This document shows positions 1 through 9,958 of a stretch of 64,000 bases of DNA, piece after piece. Every line of letters begins with the position of its first letter. The first letter of the stretch is position 1. Made by a program: the position numbers and the translations under genes. The stretch comes from an uncultured Puniceicoccaceae bacterium (GTDB lineage Bacteria > Verrucomicrobiota > Verrucomicrobiia > Opitutales > Coraliomargaritaceae), in NCBI GenBank assembly GCA_905479975.1, contig CAJQOS010000025.1:25-64024 (forward strand), given 5' to 3'. The notes beneath the pieces were generated by a model. That model saw only the letters and a program-made list of their open reading frames with translations. It was not told where the DNA came from and did no database searches.

Positions 1-57
1 GACGCCGATTATCGTTCTGAATTGTTTCTTCTGAGGCTGTTTTTTTGTAGTTTTCAT
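1..57 (-). CDS. 5' end of a gene running off the left edge (possible signal peptide)
   Basis: ATG at 57 reads MKTTKKQPQKKQFRTIIGV, open to the edge; basic stretch followed by the start of a hydrophobic stretch. Confidence 0.5.
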   Translation of the reverse strand, partial: MKTTKKQPQKKQFRTIIGV

Positions 58-109
58 AAGCAGACAAGATCACAGGTCGCTGGCGCGACCTCAAACCTTC
101 TCATCCTAT

Positions 110-715
110 CTGCGCTACGTCGCAGTCGATTTCAGAGGCCGCGTCTGCGATACCATCGCGAGTTTCCTCAGCGTCAGCGCCGAAGGGAAGCTCGGGACCT
201 TTTTCTCCGGCGTCGCACTGCTCGCTTGTGCCTTGCTCCTCGGGATCATCGCTTACGCGAAATCCCGGGAGCGTGAGCGTCACAGGACACTCTGGGCCCT
301 ACTGTCACTTATCTTCCTCTACATCGCGTTCGATGAAATGATCCAAGTGCATGAGGTATTCGGGCCGCCCCTCGGCACCGCACTGGGAGCCAAGGGCTTA
401 CTGCGCGGATGGGCGGTTCCTGGCATGATCGCCACTGCACTCGTGGGACTCGCCTATCTACGATTCCTGATCGACCTCCCGAGGCGATCACGCTTCCTTT
501 TCGTCGTTGCTGGCGCGGTTTACGTCTTCGGTGCACTGGGAATGGAACTCGTCGGAAACTGGTATACAACCGATAGACCGCAGGACCTCAGCTACGGGAT
601 CATTGCAACGATCGAGGAGATCTTCGAGATGGGCGGGATCGTCGTCTTTGTATACGCCCTCCTCGACCATCTGGAGCGAACCCTCAGCCAAGGCGTGCAC
701 GTCTCCTTTCGATGA
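110..715 (+). pseudogene. Multi-pass membrane protein, probably 5'-truncated or with an uncertain start
   Basis: The frame of ORF 233..715 is open back to a TGA at 32-34 and reads ...SYLRYVAVDF...LSVSAEGKLGTFFSGVALLACALLLG..., with several TM helices and FDEMIQVHE / IEEIFEMGG motifs. There is no in-frame ATG upstream of 233. Confidence 0.45.
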
Positions 716-1033
716 CTGTTTGTTGTGCGCCATCGCATACCAATCACTAAAGGGATTACGCCCAACTAATAACACAGATTAGAGACAGTTAAAACCCGCG
801 GTATCAACGCAACGAAAAGCTGCGCGTGGACATCGAAGAGCATACCCCCACGATCAATCTGTAAGAATCGGCCCGTTTATATAGAGCATCCGGTTGCAAA
901 GATACTTTTCTTATTTTATTTAGAGGCAGCACATTACGTTAGTTCGACGATTTCGTAATATAAGCGGATCAGTCGGCATTGAAGCATCAGCTATCGTTTT
1001 CTAGGTAGTACCCTCAACAAGGAGATCTAAGCC

Positions 1034-4000
1034 ATGACTAAAATAATACCCCGCGTCCACCCGGCCACCATATTCCGACTCATCATAACAATAATAGTGG
1101 GAACCCTGACCGCGACGTTCATAAATGCCGGCACTCTGGTGAGCGCCGGCGGGCAGTGGAAAGTCAGGCAAGTCAACACCTTCATTAGCCCAACCAGCAT
1201 CGACATCGCAGAAGATGTCCTATTGGGGTTTTCCAATTCGGCCGAGGCCTGCCAAGTCGTCGACCATATCGATTTTGGGGAACACGGCAAGTTCTCCGAA
1301 AACCAACCTTTTCCCGGGCTCATTAATGGCGAGGATTCCTTCGTGGTCGAAGCCATAGCAAACATTCATGTCACCACTCCAGGCAACATCACCTTTGGCC
1401 TCGTGTCGGACCACACCGCCCGTCTAAGTATTGACGGCGTCGAGCTAGTCACAAAGGCAACGAGCCTCACCAGCTTCGGAACCGTCAACCTCGTCGCAGG
1501 CACGCATTCCGTTCGTGTGGTTTATTACGAAACCACTGGCGACCAAGAACTGGAGATATTCATCGCCACGGAGCTCGGGACCTTCACGGAGATAGGGGCA
1601 ACCACCTTCGAGCTATTGGATGCCTCAGGTAGCTACGCGCCCACCAGTATTACACCGCCCCAAATGAGCTTCCCCGCAAATGCGGTCGCCAGCGCGGTCG
1701 TCGCGGAAATGGCTCCCGTTGGCGGCACCGGCAGCAGCTACACATTTAAAATTGGATATGCCTTGGACTCCTCTCCAACGGAGCTCATCTCTGCAGCGAC
1801 GACATGGACCTACCTCGATGACGGCACAGAGCCGGCTACAGACTGGACAGAAGCGGCATTTGACGATGCCGCATGGAGTACTGGCACAGCACCGCTAGGC
1901 TATGGAGATCCTGCCCCCACGACTGCCATCGAAATGGGCCCCAAGGAAAGCACCCGCCACCCCACTTATTACTTTCGCAAGCAATGCACTCTCCCCGCAG
2001 GTGAACTCGCACGCGTCGATGCCCTACGTATAAGGCTCCAACGCGACGATGGAGCGATCATCTATTTAAACGAAGTGGAAGTGCTGCGAACTGGCATGGC
2101 CGAAGGCGCTGTAGATTACACGACGCTCGCCAATCAAACCACAACCGGTGCAATGGAGACCACCTTCTTCGAATTTGAAATCGATCCGGCGGCACTCGTC
2201 GAAGGCGAAAATGTGATCGCAGTCGAAGTGCATCAAGCGAACCTCGTCAGCTCCGATCTCATTTTCGACATGGTTCTAGAATACGACCGACGGACGAATA
2301 TCAACGGAGATGAGCAATATTTCGCGATTGATGGCAATCAACTCATCTTAGCTCAAGATGCGGCCTCAATTCCGGCGCTCGAGGGCAATGAATTAAACCT
2401 CAATATCCGTGTAACCGACGAATGCGGCGCCAGCTTTGAAGCCGCATTCATCCCAACAGTGACCGCCGCGCAAAGCGTACTGCCTACCGACATCGCCCTC
2501 GACAATAGCAACGTGCCCGAGACCGCTAGCATCGGCACCATCGTCGGATTGTTCTCTGCCACGGACACTGATAGCAGTGGCGCCCATGCATTTACATTAG
2601 TCCTGAATGAAACTTATCCCGATAATTCATACTTCTCCATCACTGGTTCGCAATTGCGGACTGCCGACGCCCTCGACCCCGCGAGCTACGAGATCGGCGT
2701 GCAAGCAACCGATCCAACAGGCAATACCTTTACGGAATCCTTAACCGTCACCGTCGACCCAGTAGACTCACTCATCACACTATCGCCGAATACCTTACCA
2801 GTTAACGCCCTCGCGCACAGTGCAGTCGGCACGCTCGACACGACCGACGCATTCGCAACGAGTCACAGCTATCGCCTGATTTCCCCACTAGCTCCGACAC
2901 CGACCACATTAATCAGTTTTGGCGACACTTGGAAATACCTCGACGACGGCAGCAATCAGGGCGCCGCCTGGACTGCTCTCACATTTGACGATAGCGCGTG
3001 GGTTGCAGGGGCGGCACCACTGGGCTATGGAGACCACGATGGAGCATCTCCCACCACCACGGTGAGTTTCGGCCTCGACGCAGACAACAAATATGCCACC
3101 ACCTATTTCCGCAAGAGCTTTAGCATCACTGACCCGAATGTGGTGGACTCGCTGGAGTTTGAGATCGCGGTCGACGACGGAGCAGTCTTCTACCTCAACG
3201 GCATCGAACTCATCCCCCACGTTCGTGCGAACGACGTTGATTCCTTCGACGACTACACCGGCGAAGGCGACGGCGGAGAAGGCAACCACGTATCACTCCT
3301 GCTCAATACTACAATCAACCAAATCCTGCGAGCTGGCACCAACGTGCTCTCTGTCGAAGTGCACCAGACCGCTGCGAATAGCAGTGACATCTGGCTAGAC
3401 ATGAGCCTACAAGCACACCTCAGAGCATCAGGCACGGATGCAGATCACTTCTACATCAGCGGCGATCAAGTCTTCCTCAATAAAGCGGCCGGCGTCTCCC
3501 CACTCCTAAACGGGGTCGCCTTCACGCTCAACGTCGAATCAACGAATGAATTTGACGAAGGCATCACCGACACCGTCGTCATCACCATCGATGACTCTGC
3601 GACCAATACGGCAACTGACATCCAACTTAGCAACGACACGATGGCCGAGAAATCACCAGCATTGACCATCATCGGCGAGCTTACGGCGGCGCTGATCGAC
3701 AGTGGTGCATTCACATATTCACTACCGATCGATGCGAGTTACCCAGACAATAGCCAGTTCATGGCTGCAGGCGGTCAACTCGTCACCACGACCTCTCTCG
3801 ACTATGACGATGGTGCAACACGCTCGATACTGATCCGCTCGACAGGCAACACCGGCGCATACATAGAAGAAGCCTTCACCATCAACGTGAACCTCGTCCA
3901 GCAAGCTCCAACACTGATCACGCTCTCGAATCGCAGCTTCGCCTATGACGATGACAGCGGCACCACCATCGGCCTGCTCGATGCCGTGGATGAAAACGAA

Positions 4001-5119
4001 GCAGAGCTACACACCTTCATCCCATGGCCCGAGCAGCTCGGCACGCCAATCATCACCAATGGATCGACTTGGAAATATCTCGACGATGGATCCGATCAGG
4101 GCACTGCATGGACCGCGCCATTATTTGACGACACCGGTTGGCCCAGCGGCAGCGCAGAGCTTGGTTATGGGGATGGAGATGAAGCCACCGTCGTCGGCTT
4201 TATCGATACGGATACAGAAACACCCGACATCCAAAAAAATGCAACGACCTACTTCCGGCACACCTTCGATATCCCGAGTCTAAATGGAATCAACGGCGCG
4301 CGAGTTCATGTAACCCTTGATGACGCCGTTGCCGTCTATCTGAACGGCACTGAAATCTACCGATCTGCCAACTTAGCCGCAGCCGCCCTCTATGATGACT
4401 ACGCCAGCAGCGGAGTCACAGACGATACCATCGAGACATTCGTAATCGCAGACGGCCTGCTACTGCAGGGATCCAATACACTTGCAGTCGAGGTTCACCA
4501 ATGGAGTGCAACCAGTTCGGATGTGAGTTTCGACCTACTGCTACAACCCATCGAGACGAACCCCTACGCCTCATATTTTACGATCAATGAAAATGCACTC
4601 GTTACGAATGTCGATTTCTTAACTACCAGCGTCACACCTCCACATATATTTGAAATACCAATCGTGGCAGAAGACCCAGGCGGAAATATGATCCAACAAA
4701 CATTTAGCATTGCGATGAGCACACCGTCCTACGACACCGACTTCGACGGGCTCCTCGACGACTGGGAAATCACCCATTTCGGCGATCTCAGTGCAAACTC
4801 AACTGACAATGCCGACAACGACCGAGACACAAACGAACAGGAACAGACTGCCGGAACCGATCCAAACGACCCAGCGGACTTCCTACACATCACGTCCATC
4901 AACATCGTCGGCGGCATGCCCAGAATCGAATGGGAAGGCGTCCAAGGGCCGAGCTACAGCATCTACTACCGCAACGACTTAAGCAGTGGCACGTGGCTGC
5001 TACTGGAAGACAGCATCACCACAGAAACCCCCGACACGCTCACTAAAGATGATCCGGAAGTCCCACTCCCCAGCAAGCGCTTCTATCTGCTGGAAGCTCA
5101 AGCAGCGCCTCTGCCTTAG
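1034..5119 (+). CDS. Large secreted surface protein: PA14-like domain, cadherin-like repeats, three jelly-roll carbohydrate-binding-like modules, acidic Ca-binding-like C-terminal module
   Basis: 1361 aa; AAGGAG RBS at 1019-1024; N-terminal hydrophobic signal; three WxYLDDG...LGYG...YFR...DD(G/A)xxxYLN repeats; PTDIxLxN...VG cadherin-like starts; DTDFDGLLDDWE...AGTDP tail. Confidence 0.85.
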   Translation: MTKIIPRVHPATIFRLIITIIVGTLTATFINAGTLVSAGGQWKVRQVNTFISPTSIDIAEDVLLGFSNSAEACQVVDHIDFGEHGKFSENQPFPGLINGEDSFVVEAIANIHVTTPGNITFGLVSDHTARLSIDGVELVTKATSLTSFGTVNLVAGTHSVRVVYYETTGDQELEIFIATELGTFTEIGATTFELLDASGSYAPTSITPPQMSFPANAVASAVVAEMAPVGGTGSSYTFKIGYALDSSPTELISAATTWTYLDDGTEPATDWTEAAFDDAAWSTGTAPLGYGDPAPTTAIEMGPKESTRHPTYYFRKQCTLPAGELARVDALRIRLQRDDGAIIYLNEVEVLRTGMAEGAVDYTTLANQTTTGAMETTFFEFEIDPAALVEGENVIAVEVHQANLVSSDLIFDMVLEYDRRTNINGDEQYFAIDGNQLILAQDAASIPALEGNELNLNIRVTDECGASFEAAFIPTVTAAQSVLPTDIALDNSNVPETASIGTIVGLFSATDTDSSGAHAFTLVLNETYPDNSYFSITGSQLRTADALDPASYEIGVQATDPTGNTFTESLTVTVDPVDSLITLSPNTLPVNALAHSAVGTLDTTDAFATSHSYRLISPLAPTPTTLISFGDTWKYLDDGSNQGAAWTALTFDDSAWVAGAAPLGYGDHDGASPTTTVSFGLDADNKYATTYFRKSFSITDPNVVDSLEFEIAVDDGAVFYLNGIELIPHVRANDVDSFDDYTGEGDGGEGNHVSLLLNTTINQILRAGTNVLSVEVHQTAANSSDIWLDMSLQAHLRASGTDADHFYISGDQVFLNKAAGVSPLLNGVAFTLNVESTNEFDEGITDTVVITIDDSATNTATDIQLSNDTMAEKSPALTIIGELTAALIDSGAFTYSLPIDASYPDNSQFMAAGGQLVTTTSLDYDDGATRSILIRSTGNTGAYIEEAFTINVNLVQQAPTLITLSNRSFAYDDDSGTTIGLLDAVDENEAELHTFIPWPEQLGTPIITNGSTWKYLDDGSDQGTAWTAPLFDDTGWPSGSAELGYGDGDEATVVGFIDTDTETPDIQKNATTYFRHTFDIPSLNGINGARVHVTLDDAVAVYLNGTEIYRSANLAAAALYDDYASSGVTDDTIETFVIADGLLLQGSNTLAVEVHQWSATSSDVSFDLLLQPIETNPYASYFTINENALVTNVDFLTTSVTPPHIFEIPIVAEDPGGNMIQQTFSIAMSTPSYDTDFDGLLDDWEITHFGDLSANSTDNADNDRDTNEQEQTAGTDPNDPADFLHITSINIVGGMPRIEWEGVQGPSYSIYYRNDLSSGTWLLLEDSITTETPDTLTKDDPEVPLPSKRFYLLEAQAAPLP

Positions 5120-5143
5120 GCAGCATCTGCCGGATACCGGGGA

Positions 5144-6157
5144 TCAGTTGATGGCAGTCCTAAATTTAAAAAATGTGGAGCTGACATCAGGATCAACGTA
5201 GGCCAGCCCGACCGACCAAACTCCCAATCCCTCATAAGTCGAGGCAGTGACCTCGATTCGACGATCCGAACAGACCCATTGCTGATCAACAAATACAATA
5301 CCAACCGTTTCCCATGTTTTTAGATCTTCGGAGACCTCCAGAGAATAATTAAGTAGCGAGTCGTTGCCGCGCAACTGAACTGTCAACTCAGTTCGACGAG
5401 CAGTCGCCCCGGGCTCAACAGAAACAGAGACTCGACCGATTGCAGGTGGTAACTGAAACGCATACTCCTCCAGATTACTACGGCCGTTGCCATTGGAATC
5501 GAGATACTTCGTCTCTTCTAAGCTACCATCAGCCACCCGATGAATCGATTCCGCCCAATCTGAAAAACCAGAGTAAGCATTAAATCCTCCAAATTGAGCC
5601 ATCAACTGAAGGTTCTCAGCTACCACAGATTCAGCGGGATGGATTCGGTTCGTAAAAACCGAAAACGCATCTCCGGACGTCTGCGCCTGCAGACTTCCGC
5701 TATCGCCCTCAAAATAGAGAGGGAGAACCGTAAAATAACTATCATCGGTCGGCAAGCCATTCTCGAACGTATTCGTATCCCAAGCAACCAGAAACAGTGC
5801 TTCGCCTGCCACGACCCCAAACAGTTCTTGTTCATCAATCAACAGATCCGGGATCGCTGTATTCAGAAGGTAGCCGGAGTAAAATTCGCAACTACTCGCA
5901 AGCACACAATTCACACTCGTGCCTTCACTCAAAACAGTCCCGGGGGTGACGAGATCGATGGGAGCATCCGGTACAAAGGTCTCAAAATCGATTAACTCTC
6001 CCACACGCACAGAGAGCAACACCGCGCAACCAGAGTCACGGTCAAGAACGCTTCCAGATTTGCCGGTAAAGTTAGTCAGCCCACCGCCCCAGTCTAGTCC
6101 CGCATAAGCGACGGAAGAGTAGAAGGATAACAATAGAATAAGTATGTTTCTGTTCAT
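5144..6157 (-). CDS. Secreted hypothetical protein with a Verrucomicrobia-type C-terminal module
   Basis: 337 aa; signal peptide MNRNILILLLSFYSSVAYA; DSNGNGRSNLEEYAF and YSLEVSEDLKTW motifs. Confidence 0.75.
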   Translation of the reverse strand: MNRNILILLLSFYSSVAYAGLDWGGGLTNFTGKSGSVLDRDSGCAVLLSVRVGELIDFETFVPDAPIDLVTPGTVLSEGTSVNCVLASSCEFYSGYLLNTAIPDLLIDEQELFGVVAGEALFLVAWDTNTFENGLPTDDSYFTVLPLYFEGDSGSLQAQTSGDAFSVFTNRIHPAESVVAENLQLMAQFGGFNAYSGFSDWAESIHRVADGSLEETKYLDSNGNGRSNLEEYAFQLPPAIGRVSVSVEPGATARRTELTVQLRGNDSLLNYSLEVSEDLKTWETVGIVFVDQQWVCSDRRIEVTASTYEGLGVWSVGLAYVDPDVSSTFFKFRTAIN

Positions 6158-6200
6158 ATTAGTAAATGTGCTAAATCGTGTAAATTACATGCGTATGCCC

Positions 6201-7202
6201 CTACTTTACAGGACTCCAAAAATACGTATCTCCTGAATTGAATACAACAAAGCCATCGCCCGGTTGAAATTCAGAGGGGGCACTAAATTCACCGGTCGTA
6301 TCATCCAGGTAAAAGCCCTCACCGAACTGACCGGTTTCCGTATCATACGCCAAAACCTGATCTCCATCTTGCAGAGACGAACCAGCACGAAAGCCACTCT
6401 CCTTAAGTCCCAGGTTCCCAAGCTGAAAGGCGGTGTCACCCTCGAAGCGCTTGTTATAATGGGAAGAAACAAAATTGTATCCGGGGTATAATGGAACATT
6501 AAGTGGCGCGTCAAAAACAATACCTTGAATCCGGATGTCCACAGTTACATCGGTGCGCGGATCAAGAACCAGAAAACTAGTCCCCGGAAGAATTGCAGTC
6601 TCACCGGCATAAACAAGCCCCCCCTCTTCAGCACTGGTCCATCCGACATGTTCAGTGATCGTCGCATTTGACAGCCAGAATTTCTTAAATTCACGTCCAT
6701 CGTAGAAATGTACCTGCATCGCCTTCAGATCAATCGCACCTGCGGGTAAAAAGGTACCATCTTCAGGAAAGATCTCATTCAGTGTGTAGAGTGCATGGAC
6801 CGAGAATGATTCATTGCCCTCAAGCTCACTCAACCTCCCGGCAAAACCATCCTCCACGACCTCCACAGTCCTGCCCTCAGCACTCGATGCTCCCAGAAAA
6901 AACCATGCGCCCGCAGAACTGCCCTCAGTCACCCGCAGAATATAAGTAAACTGATCATCGATTACTGAAAAAGCCCCTGCCGTATCCTGAAAGACAGACA
7001 AATCGAGATCGACACCATCCAAACGGCCACGAGCCATCGCCCCCTTGAGGAAAGGCACACTCACAAGTTGTGATCGCGATCCAGCTTCGGATATCCGTAA
7101 TTGATGTGTCCCGGTGCGGCCAAGCTCGACACGAGCGCCACTCAGAGTGGACAAACTGAAACTCAGCGCAATCAGACTAAAAACTGTAATTTTATGTATC
7201 AT
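6201..7202 (-). CDS. Secreted protein, TIGR02597-like (Verrucomicrobia paralogous family)
   Basis: 333 aa; signal peptide; pattern LVSVPF...G...YILRVTEGSSAGAWF...YTLNEIFP resembles TIGR02597 proteins from recall. The CDS is secure; the family call is tentative. Confidence 0.55.
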   Translation of the reverse strand: MIHKITVFSLIALSFSLSTLSGARVELGRTGTHQLRISEAGSRSQLVSVPFLKGAMARGRLDGVDLDLSVFQDTAGAFSVIDDQFTYILRVTEGSSAGAWFFLGASSAEGRTVEVVEDGFAGRLSELEGNESFSVHALYTLNEIFPEDGTFLPAGAIDLKAMQVHFYDGREFKKFWLSNATITEHVGWTSAEEGGLVYAGETAILPGTSFLVLDPRTDVTVDIRIQGIVFDAPLNVPLYPGYNFVSSHYNKRFEGDTAFQLGNLGLKESGFRAGSSLQDGDQVLAYDTETGQFGEGFYLDDTTGEFSAPSEFQPGDGFVVFNSGDTYFWSPVK

Positions 7203-7221
7203 GATTCAAGAAGTCCCGTTT

Positions 7222-9483
7222 TTACTGATTAATCGCTTGGACACGATATTGCCTTTTGTGAATGACATTCCCGGCACTCGGATCCACCCAGACCATCTGC
7301 CCTCCACTTCCTAGCAAGGTTTCGCTCGTTACGAATGTTTTCCAATTATCATCACTATACTCGATCTCATAGGAACGGTCGCTCACACTAGTCCAAGAAA
7401 CCCCTAGGACTGGCTTCAGCTCCAACAGATCAGTCGCATCGGACGGATCCGTGCCTGCGACCCACTCGTCATAATTACTAACCCCATCGCCATCGAAGTC
7501 TTCATCTTCGCCGCCATTCGCAACATCGGTGCCTCCAAAGTATTGGATCTCCCATTCGTCGGGCAGGTTGTCGGCATCGGCCTCCGGCTCTGTTGGCGTA
7601 CTATATTCACGAATGGTGAAATTAGAGACTGTATGGCTTCCTGTTGCAGCGACGACCGCGAGGGTATCAAGGCTTGAGACACCGCTCTGGGTTGTGCGGA
7701 ATGCATAATTGTTGGCTAATAGAATCTCGGGCCCAGCCTCTTCCGCGACATATACGCTATATGTATGCGAAGGTATGTCCCCTACGATTCTAAAGTGATA
7801 ACTATTTCCGGCTGTGTAATTGACCACACTGTCTGCGTTATACACCCCCCCATTTCTTACATTGATTTCCCCTGCTTCACTAAAGCCTACGATCACTGCT
7901 AGATCATCCCATGCTGCAGCATTACCCAATGAAAGCCCCGTGGTACCATTCATGTTCGATACGTTCGGCACCACGTCATATTCCGCGCTAAACTGTCCGG
8001 CCTGCAACTCGATGCTTCTATTCTGCCACTGAGTGGTACTGAGCAATCCATCTGTTGCGGGCGGTTCAACTGGCGGTGTGACTGGGCCAGTTCCGACACC
8101 CTCCATATCGGCAAACATGAAGAGTAGGCTTGGGACCGAGGCGCTTGTGCCACCCCATGGTGGGCCGTATGAACCAGCGCCAGCGATGCTTGTAGAGTAA
8201 GCGACAGAGGTTGGGTTCTCGCGGCGATACGCCTTGCGGATTCGTTCGTCATCCCAGTAACGATTGGCAATTGGAGCAAAGTTAATATCGACGACCCAGT
8301 AATAGTTACTTTCTTCGTCGGTATTATCAATGCGATTTGCGGTGGTAATAGAACCCGAGTCAAGATACCAGAGCTTAATATTTTCGATTAGATCGAGGTG
8401 TGTATCGACAGCTAGCTTGAGAGTTTTCGCTGGCTCGGTTGTACACTCAGTTCCCCAGATGCCATCGGTAGTCGAGTAGTTATACAGACTGGGGTCACCA
8501 TCAAGGCGAAGCGCCTCTGCGATCCATGTTGCTGTTTCCAGGTTGCTGCCATTATAGGTAAGGCCACGCATTTGTCTCGTTGAGTCATTGCGCTCAAACT
8601 CACCGACAGAGCCGTCGGGGTAGACGCTGAAGCGTATCCACTCTTCAACGTACAGCTTGCCGCGATCCTTCAGAACTGGGTCATTGAGGAACACACCAGC
8701 GAGGCCAAAAAACTGCACTCCGATGGCTTTTCGGTTATTGTAATAGCGGGCGACGCCAGCGATTTGATTATGTAATACGCCGCTGGCATCCTTATAGGCG
8801 TACCCTGAGGTAAAACCCTCGCCACCTGGCAGCGCTTTATAGCCTAAACCTGTGGTGTAGTCACGGTCGTAGCGGTTATTAAAATTAAAACCAACCTCGG
8901 TGTTTATGGAGTGCTCTATCGCATAAGCCCAATCGGAAATCCATGCGTTAAAGGTGGTACGCTCGCCAGCTGAAAACGAATCTTTAACAAAGTCGGCGGT
9001 TATTAACATGCGCGTCATCCAGCCAGGATTCCACCAGTTTCCGCTATCTGTTTTTAAATAGCGAGTCGGAGATATTTGCATACCAACGCCATCCTCGCCT
9101 GCGCGGGTAGCGTGCCACATCAACTCGTCTTTAATGACGGTTGCTAGAGCAGCGTCCTCCTTGACTAACGCATAGAATGCCGCGTCTAGCATCTTTATAT
9201 GCTCAGTAATTGCGAAACCGTTGTCTTGGATATCTACCCAAGTCTGGCGTCTGTCTGCCTGCGGGTTTGATGCGAACGTGTTTTTATTGGCCACGATGCG
9301 ACTCCACTCGCCTGGTATGAGTGGATCAAAGGCGTCGCCGGCTGACTTATAAGGTCCGTTGACAGAACGATCGCGCCAGACCTGTAAATGATCTTCATTC
9401 CATAAGATGCCGCCCCCGAATAGAGCGTTTGACAACACGGTGACGGAGAAGACGAATACGAGTACTTTATTCTTTAAAACCAT
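7222..9483 (-). CDS. Secreted alginate-lyase-like (alpha/alpha toroid) protein with a lectin-like domain and an acidic C-terminal module
   Basis: Probable ATG at 9483 (ORF track 9492); signal peptide; YNNR...DG..GEFER...TYN layout like the PF05426 lyase family; beta-rich domain WQNRSIE...TYSVYV; DADNLPDEWE...DFDGDGVSNYDEWVAGTDP tail. Confidence 0.65.
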   Translation of the reverse strand: MVLKNKVLVFVFSVTVLSNALFGGGILWNEDHLQVWRDRSVNGPYKSAGDAFDPLIPGEWSRIVANKNTFASNPQADRRQTWVDIQDNGFAITEHIKMLDAAFYALVKEDAALATVIKDELMWHATRAGEDGVGMQISPTRYLKTDSGNWWNPGWMTRMLITADFVKDSFSAGERTTFNAWISDWAYAIEHSINTEVGFNFNNRYDRDYTTGLGYKALPGGEGFTSGYAYKDASGVLHNQIAGVARYYNNRKAIGVQFFGLAGVFLNDPVLKDRGKLYVEEWIRFSVYPDGSVGEFERNDSTRQMRGLTYNGSNLETATWIAEALRLDGDPSLYNYSTTDGIWGTECTTEPAKTLKLAVDTHLDLIENIKLWYLDSGSITTANRIDNTDEESNYYWVVDINFAPIANRYWDDERIRKAYRRENPTSVAYSTSIAGAGSYGPPWGGTSASVPSLLFMFADMEGVGTGPVTPPVEPPATDGLLSTTQWQNRSIELQAGQFSAEYDVVPNVSNMNGTTGLSLGNAAAWDDLAVIVGFSEAGEINVRNGGVYNADSVVNYTAGNSYHFRIVGDIPSHTYSVYVAEEAGPEILLANNYAFRTTQSGVSSLDTLAVVAATGSHTVSNFTIREYSTPTEPEADADNLPDEWEIQYFGGTDVANGGEDEDFDGDGVSNYDEWVAGTDPSDATDLLELKPVLGVSWTSVSDRSYEIEYSDDNWKTFVTSETLLGSGGQMVWVDPSAGNVIHKRQYRVQAINQ

Positions 9484-9821
9484 GAAGCACATATGCGGGG
9501 TGCAAGCACCTCCCGTAAAGAGCCAACACGCCCCTCAAGGTTCTTTTACATGCTGTTAATCAACACTTAACAACGCATTTACTCTGCATAGGAATTACCC
9601 CCCAGTAGCAGCTGATTGATCCACTTCAGCCGCCGGAAAAAACGTATTACATCGGAGGAAAAGTCAGCCAGTAGTTACAACAGTATAGCACGAGGCCTCG
9701 CTTGAACCCGATCGACTTATATAAAAATTTGTGCCGCTGGCGACAACTCGCGGTCAGGGTCCGCGCAGAGAGTCATTGCGGCCCCCCTGCGCGCAGTTCA
9801 GGGACTTATTGAAACACCTAA

Positions 9822-9958
9822 TGGTCCAGCCGACAACAAGCCCAGTGATCTCCCCGAAGACGGGGATTCAGAGGCCTGCCCTGCTCCTGTTACAGGACTG
9901 CAGGGCGGACATTGTGCCAGTTCGCTGCCGTGCACGATGACTATTGAACGGCTTCAGG
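9822..9958 (-). mobile_element. Possible orphan IS110-family non-coding end (no transposase)
   Basis: GC-rich, hairpin-rich segment abutting a truncated gene. CGAACTGGCAC...CCGCCC and TGGGCTTGTTGTCGGCTGGACCA resemble, from recall only, leaders upstream of IS110 transposases. Confidence 0.35.
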
